Shown: one piece after another, positions 50,844-60,049 of the stretch | Layout: each line of letters starts with the position of its first letter | How positions within the stretch are numbered: position 1 is the first letter of the stretch | Source: Methanoregula sp. | Lineage (GTDB): Archaea > Halobacteriota > Methanomicrobia > Methanomicrobiales > Methanospirillaceae | Assembly (NCBI GenBank): GCA_039698055.1 | Contig: JBDKTL010000024.1 | Location: 32,001 to 96,000 of the forward strand | Length of the DNA stretch: 64,000 nt | Direction of reading: 5' to 3' | Program-made: the position numbers and the translations under genes | Notes under the pieces: generated by a model | Databases searched by the model: none | Seen by the model: the letters and a program-made list of their open reading frames with translations, nothing else | What the model was told of the DNA's origin: nothing

Positions 50844-51758
50844 ATGGTCAGGACTGCCGAAGTGTACATTGTGAATGCATCGGACCGGACTAAGGCAGTC
50901 CGCCGGATCTTCCGTGAATGTATCTCTTCAAGATTCCAGGGTGCAACGGTCGCACTCAAAGCAAACTACAATAGCGCCGATCCATTTCCTGCATCAACCC
51001 ATATTGATACCCTCAGGGCCCTTACTGCAATCATCCTTAAGGAAAAACCCAAGCACCTGACGCTTGCCGAGCGAAGCGGGATGGGTAGCACAAAAAATGT
51101 TCTGCGTGACTGCGGGGTTACTGCACTGGGTGAAAAACTTGGGTTCGATGTGGTCAATCTCGACACGATACTGGCAGGAGAGTGGACGGCGATCAATGAA
51201 CCCGGCCTTCACTGGCGGCAGGGGTTTGCAATTGCCAACATATTCGCACAGGCCGACATGGTGATACAGACATGCTGCCTGAAAACCCACCGGTTCGGGG
51301 GCGTGTTTACGGGTGCACTCAAAAACTCCGTGGGTCTTATCGCACGCCGGGTTCCGGGTGATCCGTACGATTACATGTCCGAACTGCACCAGTCGCCCCG
51401 CCAGCGATCGATGATCGCCGAGATCAATAAATATTACCGTACCGATCTTGTCGTGATGGATGCGGCACAGGTATTCCTTTCCGGAGGACCGGATAAAGGG
51501 GAGACTGGTGTTCCCAATGTCATCCTTGCAGGCAGGGACCGGATCGCCATCGATGCAGCAGGTGTCGCACTCCTCCGTTCGTATGGCTCGACTCCCGAAG
51601 TGATGCATGGTTCAATTTTTGCACAAGAGCAGATTGCCCGGGCGGCAGAACTGGGAGTCGGAGTCGAATCCGTTGCCGGTATACGGCTTGTACCGCTTGA
51701 TGAACACAGCGTCGATGTAGCAGCCTGGATTCAAAAAAGGTTCGCGCTTGAAGGCTGA
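50844..51758 (+). CDS. DUF362 domain protein (start uncertain, 50781-50844)
   Basis: LKAN, LAERSG, LKTH, GALKN.VG, VMDA, D.IAID. Confidence 0.82.
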   Translation: MVRTAEVYIVNASDRTKAVRRIFRECISSRFQGATVALKANYNSADPFPASTHIDTLRALTAIILKEKPKHLTLAERSGMGSTKNVLRDCGVTALGEKLGFDVVNLDTILAGEWTAINEPGLHWRQGFAIANIFAQADMVIQTCCLKTHRFGGVFTGALKNSVGLIARRVPGDPYDYMSELHQSPRQRSMIAEINKYYRTDLVVMDAAQVFLSGGPDKGETGVPNVILAGRDRIAIDAAGVALLRSYGSTPEVMHGSIFAQEQIARAAELGVGVESVAGIRLVPLDEHSVDVAAWIQKRFALEG

Positions 51759-52065
51759 TACACTTAATAAGCGGACCAGATAAATCATATTTTTTTTCAG
51801 CCGGGAACTATTCACCGATTTTATTCTTATCAGTCAAAATATTCTTTCGGTTCATGAAGGAAACTATTATCGTCTGCGTCCTCCGCTGAAAAAATGAATT
51901 GTGGAGAAGAGTCCGACGCTGGCAGTCCATGTCGTAGTGTTTGCAAGGTAATGTTGAACAAATGAGGAATACCGGGTATTTCGGCACGATAATCGTTTTT
52001 CACCATGTTTCTGCACGCGTTCCCGACAGGAAAGGCTGTATACCCATCTCTCAAATATGTAAGAC

Positions 52066-52290
52066 ATGCAATACACAATCGTCCTCGATCCTGACGGCTG
52101 CGGCGGATTTACGGCCCGGTGCGTTGAGATTCCGGGGACCGTTTGCCTTGGTGCGAACAAAGGTGAAGCGCTTGCCCGGCTACGAGACGCAATCAAACAG
52201 GTGCAGAAGGCCCGGTATGAGGAACTGCAATGGATGATCCAGTCTGTCACATCAGAGATTATCAAAATCGATGTGGCCGACACCGCGTAA
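52066..52290 (+). CDS. HicB family antitoxin-like protein
   Basis: YTIVL..D..GGF.ARCVEIPG....G.NK.EAL..L.DAI. Confidence 0.82.
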   Translation: MQYTIVLDPDGCGGFTARCVEIPGTVCLGANKGEALARLRDAIKQVQKARYEELQWMIQSVTSEIIKIDVADTA

Positions 52291-52330
52291 CGTCCGGTTC
52301 GTACAAAAGAGGGGAATTTCCCAAAAAAAT

Positions 52331-52771
52331 TTACAAAATTTTTTCTAATATATCGCCAGCGTCATGCACGAACTGAGCGCATTTTGTGTGGAATACTTTA
52401 TGTTCCTTTGCCTCTGTGAGGGCTTCCGGATCCGATAGGTCATACCCAACCAGTTCTGTGCAGTTCACGGAATGGTTGCGGCGTAAAAATTCAGTTATGA
52501 ATCTGTTAGACAGATCATAGGTTTTCTCTCTTGCCGCAAGATCTCCAAGCGATGTGCGCCCATATTTCATGCCAATCACCATGAGAGCACCGGTTACCGC
52601 GCCGCAGGTATTGCCCGTGTGTGCCATCCCACCACCTAAACCGCAGGAAAGTTTCAGCGCCGTCTCCTGATTAATACCAAAGTCATCGGAAAACGCACAA
52701 CAGACTGCCTGGGAACAGGAAAAGCCGCTCTTGAATATCGCGGCTGCATCGTCAGCCCGTGTCAGGGTCAT
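52331..52771 (-). CDS. C_GCAxxG_C_C family putative redox protein
   Basis: GFSCSQAV, GGG, TCGAVTG, NC.EL, KC. Confidence 0.88.
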   Translation of the reverse strand: MTLTRADDAAAIFKSGFSCSQAVCCAFSDDFGINQETALKLSCGLGGGMAHTGNTCGAVTGALMVIGMKYGRTSLGDLAAREKTYDLSNRFITEFLRRNHSVNCTELVGYDLSDPEALTEAKEHKVFHTKCAQFVHDAGDILEKIL

Positions 52772-52898
52772 ACAGGTACAATCACTGTTTGTTTTGATAG
52801 GATTTCTGGTCGGAGTGCGGAATATATCTATTTCTTTTCCCGGCACCAACCACACTAGTACCCAATCGCCACCTTTGACAACTATCCGGAGAATAGGT

Positions 52899-54080
52899 AT
52901 GCCATTTCATTTCGCTGACCGTATTGCACACGCACCATCATCATTTCTTGAAGAACTCTTCCGGGTTTCCTCGGATCCTTCCATCATATCCTTTGCCGGG
53001 GGGCTTCCCTCTTCCGCACTGATCGATGTGGAAGGCATCGCGGAAGCTGGACGGCAGGTAATGGAAGACGACGGAAGAACCGCGCTCCAGTATTCAACGA
53101 CCGAGGGGTACCTGCCGTTACGGGAATATATTGCCCGGAGGTATCGGACCCGCCTTGGGATTCCTGCCAGCGCAGACGAGATCCAGATTGTCAACGGCTC
53201 GCAACAGAGTCTCGATCTATTCGGGAAGATTTTCCTGAATCGTGGTGATCATCTCGGTATGGAGCGCCCGGGATACCTTGGGGCAATCGAAGCGTTCTTG
53301 CTCTACGAGCCGGTGATCCACACCGTCCCGATCGATGAGAAAGGTCTTATCCCGGACGCGTTTGAACAGCTGATCACGACCCGCCCCGTGAAATTCTTTT
53401 ACGGGATCCCCAACAGCCAGAACCCATCAGGCTGTACGTATTCAGATGAGCGCAGGAAGGAGATAGCCGGGATTCTTGCCGGCACGGATACGGTTTTTTA
53501 TGAAGACGACGCGTTTGGGGAGCTGTTCTTTGACGGTAAACCCCGGCTGCCCGTGAAAAAGTACCTGCCGGAACAATCGGTGATCTCCGGATCGTTTTCC
53601 AAGATTACCGCACCGGGTATGCGCATCGGGTGGCTCTACGCGCCGCCGAAGATCCTCCGCACATTTAATATCGCAAAGCAGGCAGCAGACCTGCATTCCA
53701 ATTTCCTCTGCCAGATGATCCTGCACCGGTACCTGACCACGCACCACTTGGATACACATATCAAAAAAATCGTATCAGTGTATGGTCGGAGGTGCAGGTT
53801 GATGTGCGATATGCTCGACGATCTCCTCCCCACCCTCACCCACACAACACCGGAAGGTGGCATGTTCATGATGGCAACGCTCCCTGTGGGTGTCTCTTCA
53901 CGGGCAGTCTTTGATAACGGCATACAGGAAAAAGTCGCCGTACTGCCGGGCATGCCCTTTTACATCGACGGTGGCGGGATAGATACGATCCGACTCAATT
54001 TCTCAAACCCAGATGATGAGAAGATAAAGACCGGAATTGAGCGTCTCGCCCGGGTGATTGATCGGCTTATCGGTTCTTAA
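52899..54080 (+). CDS. PLP-dependent aminotransferase class I/II (LysN/ARO8-like)
   Basis: ISFAGGLP, QNPSG, EDDAF, SFSK.TAPGMRIGW, RLNFS. Confidence 0.9.
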   Translation: MPFHFADRIAHAPSSFLEELFRVSSDPSIISFAGGLPSSALIDVEGIAEAGRQVMEDDGRTALQYSTTEGYLPLREYIARRYRTRLGIPASADEIQIVNGSQQSLDLFGKIFLNRGDHLGMERPGYLGAIEAFLLYEPVIHTVPIDEKGLIPDAFEQLITTRPVKFFYGIPNSQNPSGCTYSDERRKEIAGILAGTDTVFYEDDAFGELFFDGKPRLPVKKYLPEQSVISGSFSKITAPGMRIGWLYAPPKILRTFNIAKQAADLHSNFLCQMILHRYLTTHHLDTHIKKIVSVYGRRCRLMCDMLDDLLPTLTHTTPEGGMFMMATLPVGVSSRAVFDNGIQEKVAVLPGMPFYIDGGGIDTIRLNFSNPDDEKIKTGIERLARVIDRLIGS

Positions 54081-54170
54081 AAAAATTGGAACGCTTCAAA
54101 AAGACAGCTCCGGGAAAAACAGGTTGGTATAAATAGCGTTATTCCCGACTTTAGAGGGAAGGAAAAGAGC

Positions 54171-55685
54171 ATGAAAACAAAACTTTTAAGCCTGCTCATT
54201 GCCCTGGCGCTGTGCGCACCATGCGTGGTCACCATAACAATGGCAGCGGGTGACATTCCGGATACGCTGGAACCGATTATAATCCCGGTCACCGCACCGC
54301 CCACTGAAACCCCGACAATCGAGCCAACATTAAAATCTACGACTGAACCGGTAACTACCATCAAGACACTGTTACCGACAATAAAACCAACCGAGACCGT
54401 TACCATCGAGCCCACGGTTGTCGGCGGCGGGAAAGGCTGGATCGATACCTACGGGAACGTCGATGGCGCACTGGTCTATTTTGACGGGAAACCAGAGGGA
54501 GCAATTGTCGGGGGGATTCTCTCGGTCGCAGTTGCTGTATCGGGAACACCCGTAAGAACCATTTCAGTTTCAAAGTCCGGCTACTCGAGATGGTCCGGCT
54601 CGCTTCCGCACATGCCTGCCGATGGAGAACATGTAGCCGTCTATGCGACGATCAATCCCATCTCTACCCCAACACCCATCCCACCCATCCAGAACGGCGC
54701 GATCTATGCCCACTCGTTGCCAAACGGTGCAGCGATCTACATGAACGGTCAATTTTACGGGAATTCCCCGGTCACCATCCCGAACATCCCGGCCGGAACC
54801 TATTCGATGAAAGCAACCCTGAACGGATACACTCCGGACACCCGGATGATCATGGTCTATGCCGGGCAGACTGCGTTTTATTCCCCAACACTCCAACAAT
54901 CGCCCCAGCCGCCACGGAATACCGGTACGGTCTACACAACCTCAAACCCGGACCATGCATCGGTTTATGTGGACGGGAACTATAATGGGAAAACACCGAT
55001 GACCCTCACGCTCTATCCCGGCAGCCATTCGTTTGTTCTCAAATTATCTGGTTATAGTGATTATTCCACGAACATGTGGGTGAATGCCGGACAGGCACAG
55101 AACCTGCCGGTACCGATGACGCCGGCAATCTATGGTTCCGTTCTTATCACCTCCCTGCCGGGCGCAAACGTGTACATGGACAGTGCATTGCTCGGAAACG
55201 TCGGCCCGGGCGGCAGCTATACGATCGCAAGCGTGACATCCGGAAACCATCTCTTCAAAGTAACGGCATCCGGGTATAACGAATGGATGAGTACCGTGTA
55301 TATCCAGCCCAATTACCAGACAACCATCACTGCGACGCTGACACCCATCGGGATTAATCCGACGCCGGTCCCGGCAACGGGCGGGATCGATATCGCATCG
55401 GCACCATCAGGAGCTGAGACGTATGTCGATAACCTTTACCGTGGATACACCCCGGCGACCCTTACAGGTATTACCCCGGGCGAGCACGCGGTGCTGCTGA
55501 AATATACCGGGTATATTGATTATTCGACAACGACAACGGTGAATGCCGGACAGACGATACCGCTTGCGATCACAATGACCGCAGCACCGGTACCCACACC
55601 GAAATCTGCACTGTCACCGCTGGTTTTGATCGGGGGCCTTGTGGCAATATTTGGGATTGGAGCAGCATTAAGGAGGCGAACATAA
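54171..55685 (+). CDS. PEGA-domain surface protein
   Basis: Signal peptide, Thr/Pro linkers, repeated S.P.GA.VY.DG...G.TP units, C-terminal TM plus RRR. Confidence 0.88.
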   Translation: MKTKLLSLLIALALCAPCVVTITMAAGDIPDTLEPIIIPVTAPPTETPTIEPTLKSTTEPVTTIKTLLPTIKPTETVTIEPTVVGGGKGWIDTYGNVDGALVYFDGKPEGAIVGGILSVAVAVSGTPVRTISVSKSGYSRWSGSLPHMPADGEHVAVYATINPISTPTPIPPIQNGAIYAHSLPNGAAIYMNGQFYGNSPVTIPNIPAGTYSMKATLNGYTPDTRMIMVYAGQTAFYSPTLQQSPQPPRNTGTVYTTSNPDHASVYVDGNYNGKTPMTLTLYPGSHSFVLKLSGYSDYSTNMWVNAGQAQNLPVPMTPAIYGSVLITSLPGANVYMDSALLGNVGPGGSYTIASVTSGNHLFKVTASGYNEWMSTVYIQPNYQTTITATLTPIGINPTPVPATGGIDIASAPSGAETYVDNLYRGYTPATLTGITPGEHAVLLKYTGYIDYSTTTTVNAGQTIPLAITMTAAPVPTPKSALSPLVLIGGLVAIFGIGAALRRRT

Positions 55686-55688
55686 ATC

Positions 55689-56363
55689 ATGGTAGGTTCC
55701 TGTTCATTATTCACAAAAACATGGGTACGCGCGGTTGTCGTTGTTATTGTCATCGCGTTACTCACCTCATTTGCCTATACGAGTTCAAATACTGCATTAC
55801 AGAAAACGGCTCAATGGGGGATTGAATCCACGGCCGGTGTCATGGCAACGCAGATCAACGCAAGCGAGATCCAAGGCTTTAAACCGGGCGATGAGATGTC
55901 ACCGGAGTATCTTGCTGTCGCGTCAAAACTCCAGTCGATGCGGAGCATGAACGACAAGATCCTCAATGCATATATCCTGAAGGTGAATCCGGACCGGACG
56001 GTGACATTTGTTGTCGATGATCTCTACCCGGTTGATCAGCAGGGTTCTGCAAAGATTGGCGAAGTGTCCACAGCACCTGACAAAATGGATATCCTTGCGG
56101 CATTGTCAGGACCGACAGCAACAAAAGAGCCATACACCACAAAATATGGATCGTTCATGACGGCTTATGCTCCGATCGATGATTCATCATCCGATTCCCG
56201 GGGCAACACCTATGCCGTGCTCGCCATCGATGTATCCGCAAAAGATTACATGGATTCCACAAATCAGGGCGGATGGATCATCGTCACCGGGATTGTATCA
56301 ATGTTCCTTGCGGGCGGTGCAATTCTTGTACCTGGCCGAAAGGCAGAGGTGAAGAAAGAATAG
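55689..56363 (+). CDS. Two-TM protein with extracellular Cache/PDC-like domain
   Basis: TM, then YT.KYG.FMTAYAPI...AVLAIDV, then TM and short tail. Confidence 0.65.
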   Translation: MVGSCSLFTKTWVRAVVVVIVIALLTSFAYTSSNTALQKTAQWGIESTAGVMATQINASEIQGFKPGDEMSPEYLAVASKLQSMRSMNDKILNAYILKVNPDRTVTFVVDDLYPVDQQGSAKIGEVSTAPDKMDILAALSGPTATKEPYTTKYGSFMTAYAPIDDSSSDSRGNTYAVLAIDVSAKDYMDSTNQGGWIIVTGIVSMFLAGGAILVPGRKAEVKKE

Positions 56364-56431
56364 ATCCAACACGGCGATTAGAAAAAAATTCTAGAAAATT
56401 CTTTTTTTATTAGAGTGACCAATTCTTATAG

Positions 56432-57055
56432 ATGACTGCACTACGTGTTTTGCTTGCAGCAGGATGCATCATAATCGCACTTCTGATGTGCGCCGGGTGC
56501 ACGCAATCTGCTAAAGATGCCACAGCCGCAACACCGGTTGTAACGGCAACGGCAGGGACGACGAGGACGGCCGTAACTTCACCGGGTATTATCGCCGCTC
56601 AGAAACTTGTGCTGCTCGAAACAAACATGGGCACTATCACGATCGCGCTTGATCCGGACATGCCTGTAACTGCCGGTAACTTCGAATCGCTGGTGAAGAG
56701 AGGTTACTACGATGGTGTGACTTTCCACCGGGTGGTGGACGGTTTCATGATCCAGAGTGGCGACCCGACGGGTACCGGGCGCGGTGGACCGGGCTATACG
56801 ATCAAAGACGAATTCACACCAACAAATGCTAACAACCGGGGAACAGTCGCGATGGCAAATATCGGTGTGCCAGATACCGGAGGATCGCAGTTCTTCATCA
56901 ATCTCGTAAACAATAATTACCTCGATACCAAACACCCGGTGTTCGGAAAAGTCGTTGAGGGAATGGATGTTGTTGATGCGATAGGAAAAGTTGCGACCGA
57001 TGCGAATTACCGCCCGCTCCAGAATGTGACGATTGTTCGCGCTGTGATGGTTTGA
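56432..57055 (+). CDS. Cyclophilin-type PPIase, lipoprotein
   Basis: MCAGCT lipobox-like; FHRV..GFMIQ.GDPTGTG.GGPGY; GSQFFI; HPVFG. Confidence 0.92.
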   Translation: MTALRVLLAAGCIIIALLMCAGCTQSAKDATAATPVVTATAGTTRTAVTSPGIIAAQKLVLLETNMGTITIALDPDMPVTAGNFESLVKRGYYDGVTFHRVVDGFMIQSGDPTGTGRGGPGYTIKDEFTPTNANNRGTVAMANIGVPDTGGSQFFINLVNNNYLDTKHPVFGKVVEGMDVVDAIGKVATDANYRPLQNVTIVRAVMV

Positions 57056-57419
57056 ATATTTTTTTCCCGATTAAAAACTGGTGAGAGCCAGATTCCCTTT
57101 TTTTGGCAATCCACATCCAGTTCAGGCTCAACATATTCGCAGGGATGTCGATACGGTATATCGTTGTCAAAATCTTCAAAACCCCAAAACAGGCTTTTTT
57201 ACTTTACGGGTAGTGTAGTCCAATCAAACCGGAGATCAGCCATCCAATGGGCATAATCGGTCAAAACGGTATAATATCACCAACGATGGAGAGTCGATCA
57301 TGATACTAAAAATGACCCGCCACTGCCCGGTAAAAATTCAGCGACACAAAACCTGATGGATATATTGGGATCTTCACAACAAAGAAAACCCATGAAACAC
57401 TAATACCATCAGAACAACT

Positions 57420-57899
57420 ATGACTCCGACCCCACAGGAATCAAAAAAACTGATCAGGCTCGAAACGAACAAGGGAACCATCACGATCGAACTCGATCCT
57501 CATATGCCTATCACTGCCGGCAATTTTGAAACACTCGTAAAAAAAGGCTACTATAACGGCGTTATCTTCCACCGCGTCATCAGTGGATTTATGCTGCAGG
57601 GAGGAGACCCGACCGGTACCGGACGCGGCGGGCCCGGCTACGCCATTAAGGATGAGTTCACCATGACCAACAGGAACAACCGGGGCACCCTTTCCATGGC
57701 AAACGCAGGCCCGAACACCGGCGGTTCACAGTTCTTCATTAACCTTGTGGACAATAATTTCCTTGACGACAAACACCCGGTCTTCGGCCATGTGGTGGAA
57801 GGCATGGACGTTGTCGACAAAATCGGCAAGGTCAAGACCGACCGTGACGACCGGCCAAAAGAACCGGTCACGATTGTCAAAGCCGTAATTGTTGAATAG
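57420..57899 (+). CDS. Cyclophilin-type PPIase, cytoplasmic
   Basis: FHRVI.GFMLQGGDP, MANAGPNTGGSQFFI, HPVFG. Confidence 0.95.
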   Translation: MTPTPQESKKLIRLETNKGTITIELDPHMPITAGNFETLVKKGYYNGVIFHRVISGFMLQGGDPTGTGRGGPGYAIKDEFTMTNRNNRGTLSMANAGPNTGGSQFFINLVDNNFLDDKHPVFGHVVEGMDVVDKIGKVKTDRDDRPKEPVTIVKAVIVE

Positions 57900-58025
57900 C
57901 CACTTCACCGGTTTCTTTTTTTACCGGGTACGGGGAATGCAGGATTCTATATCCGGTACCTGACGGACTTAATAACCCGACACAGGGAACCGGCAGTTTT
58001 TTTAAGAAACATTCGGGAGACAGGA

Positions 58026-58904
58026 ATGAAACAGGAACGTATCGTGAACGATTTCGAGCTGGAACGCCAGTCTGTTGCCGTGATAGAACGCCAGCTTGCT
58101 GGTAAAACACGGGCACAAACAATGTGGGCGCTCCTGACCGGAGACGATGAAGTCCAGACCTGCTGGCAGATGGCAAATTTCGTCGCCGCACAAAAACTCA
58201 GCATGAACGATCACGGGAGAACCCATGCGATTGTTGCGACCGCATCAGCGCTGACGATGCTGGACATCCTTTCGTTTTCTGAAGTAAAAACGGATATCAT
58301 TGCCTCAGGGTACGGCGACAGCGATGATGCCGCACTCATCGTGCTCACAGCGATGCTCTGCCATGATTTCGGGAACATGATTCACCGCGAAGATCACGCG
58401 GACACAGGAATTATTCTTGTAAAGCCGATACTTGACCGGCTGCTTCCCACCATCTACCCAGACCCGGTGAAATGCACGAGGGTTAAATCATTCATCCTGT
58501 CTGCCATGTACACCCACCACGGGGAGCCCCGCCCGATCACCATAGAAGCGGCGCTTGTTTGTATCGCCGATTCAACCGATATGACCAAAGGCAGGGGCCG
58601 TGTCGCATTCGATTCCGGCAGCATCACGATTCATTCCGTCTCTGCACTTTCCATCGAGCGCGTGGAGATCCTCAAAGGCACAGAAAAACCCATCGAGCTT
58701 AAGATCAGCATGTCGAACTCTGCCGGGATCTTTCAGGTGCAGGAAATCCTCGCACCCAAGGTTCGTGCCGGACCGCTCGCCAGTTACGTGGATGTCATCG
58801 CGATCACGGCATCGGGACAGGAAAACAGCGAAGAGAAGATCGTCACCGGGATACGGATGTGCGGTGCCAGATTTATTCCCTTCAACGAATCTCCGCCATC
58901 CTGA
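58026..58904 (+). CDS. HD-domain phosphohydrolase (COG3294-like)
   Basis: NDHG.TH, CHDFGN..HR..H, AD.TDM.KGR.R, IH.VSA. Confidence 0.85.
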   Translation: MKQERIVNDFELERQSVAVIERQLAGKTRAQTMWALLTGDDEVQTCWQMANFVAAQKLSMNDHGRTHAIVATASALTMLDILSFSEVKTDIIASGYGDSDDAALIVLTAMLCHDFGNMIHREDHADTGIILVKPILDRLLPTIYPDPVKCTRVKSFILSAMYTHHGEPRPITIEAALVCIADSTDMTKGRGRVAFDSGSITIHSVSALSIERVEILKGTEKPIELKISMSNSAGIFQVQEILAPKVRAGPLASYVDVIAITASGQENSEEKIVTGIRMCGARFIPFNESPPS

Positions 58905-59034
58905 AAAGTCACTACAGACCCGGCCACAACACATGACTGGGAACTGCCCGTCCCCCGGCACTATTGGGTGCTATTGAGGAGTATATCGAAAATAATGAAA
59001 TGAGAGCAGGGATAAAAACCTTGATTATCAGGAG

Positions 59035-59394
59035 ATGCACTGCTGCATGAAAACAAAATTCGGCTGGGTCGAGATTGACAGCATACGGTACGATTACGAT
59101 GTGATCATCCATGCAGACCGAACCGTCACTAAAAGGTCCAAAAAACCCTCAAAAAAACTCAAAAAGACCTATGGGCACACACCCCTTTCCGAACACGAAC
59201 TTGAATTTCTTGAAGCCGAGCACCCGGATTGTGTTTATATCGGGACCGGCCAGTACGGGGATCTTCCGATCACCCCGGAAGCAATGGCGCTGCTGGAACA
59301 ACACGATCTGATTATCCGGCCAACACCCATTATCATGGATCTCATCGATGAGGACTGTCGCCATTTTGTTGCGCTGATACATGTTTCCTGCTGA
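59035..59394 (+). CDS. Mth938/DUF498 domain protein
   Basis: FG.VEID...YDYDV, IGTGQYG, HVSC C-terminus. Confidence 0.82.
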   Translation: MHCCMKTKFGWVEIDSIRYDYDVIIHADRTVTKRSKKPSKKLKKTYGHTPLSEHELEFLEAEHPDCVYIGTGQYGDLPITPEAMALLEQHDLIIRPTPIIMDLIDEDCRHFVALIHVSC

Positions 59395-59422
59395 TGCAGG
59401 ATATCACCCCTCAATTTTTTTA

Positions 59423-59935
59423 TTAGTTCTTTTTTTCACGGGACACGTGCGGGGGGAGCGTGTCGATAAACGTTGTAAGCGCAATTTGTGCCTGCCGACG
59501 GTCCTTTGCTGACACCAACCACACGGGAACCGCCCCGAACTGCTGTTGTAATCCTTTTGTTTTTGTTCCGTCAGGATGATCTGTTTTATTGAGCATTACC
59601 ACAAAAGGAATGCCTGATCCCACGAGTGATGAGAACATGGCGCAGATAAATTCATCAACTTCTGCGGTTGCATCGACAAGCAGGACGGCGCCATCCATCC
59701 CGGTACCGATGATCTTCCGGGCAAACTCAAACCGCTCCTGCCCAGGAGTTCCGTACAGGTACACCCGCCGCTCCCCGAGCTGCACCCGCCCGTAATCAAG
59801 CGCAATCGTGGTGCTGCCTTTTACCGGGCAGTCCGCTTCGATATGTTTTGCCTGCGGATCGAGCGTCTGGATAAGGGTGGATTTTCCTGCGCCAAAAGCA
59901 CCAAAAATGACAATCTTGAATTTTTCTTCTACCAT
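59423..59935 (-). CDS. Small Ras-like GTPase (MglA/COG2229 type)
   Basis: GAFGAGKST, TTIALDYG, GTPGQERF, NKTD, SAK. Confidence 0.88.
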   Translation of the reverse strand: MVEEKFKIVIFGAFGAGKSTLIQTLDPQAKHIEADCPVKGSTTIALDYGRVQLGERRVYLYGTPGQERFEFARKIIGTGMDGAVLLVDATAEVDEFICAMFSSLVGSGIPFVVMLNKTDHPDGTKTKGLQQQFGAVPVWLVSAKDRRQAQIALTTFIDTLPPHVSREKKN

Positions 59936-60049
59936 TACGTTACCTTTTCATCCGGCGCACATTACCATTTCGGTTATATGCGACGGTGAACGGATGGGGA
60001 TAGCACAACCGGACCGTTCCGGTAAAAAAATCAAACCAAAAAATGGGTA

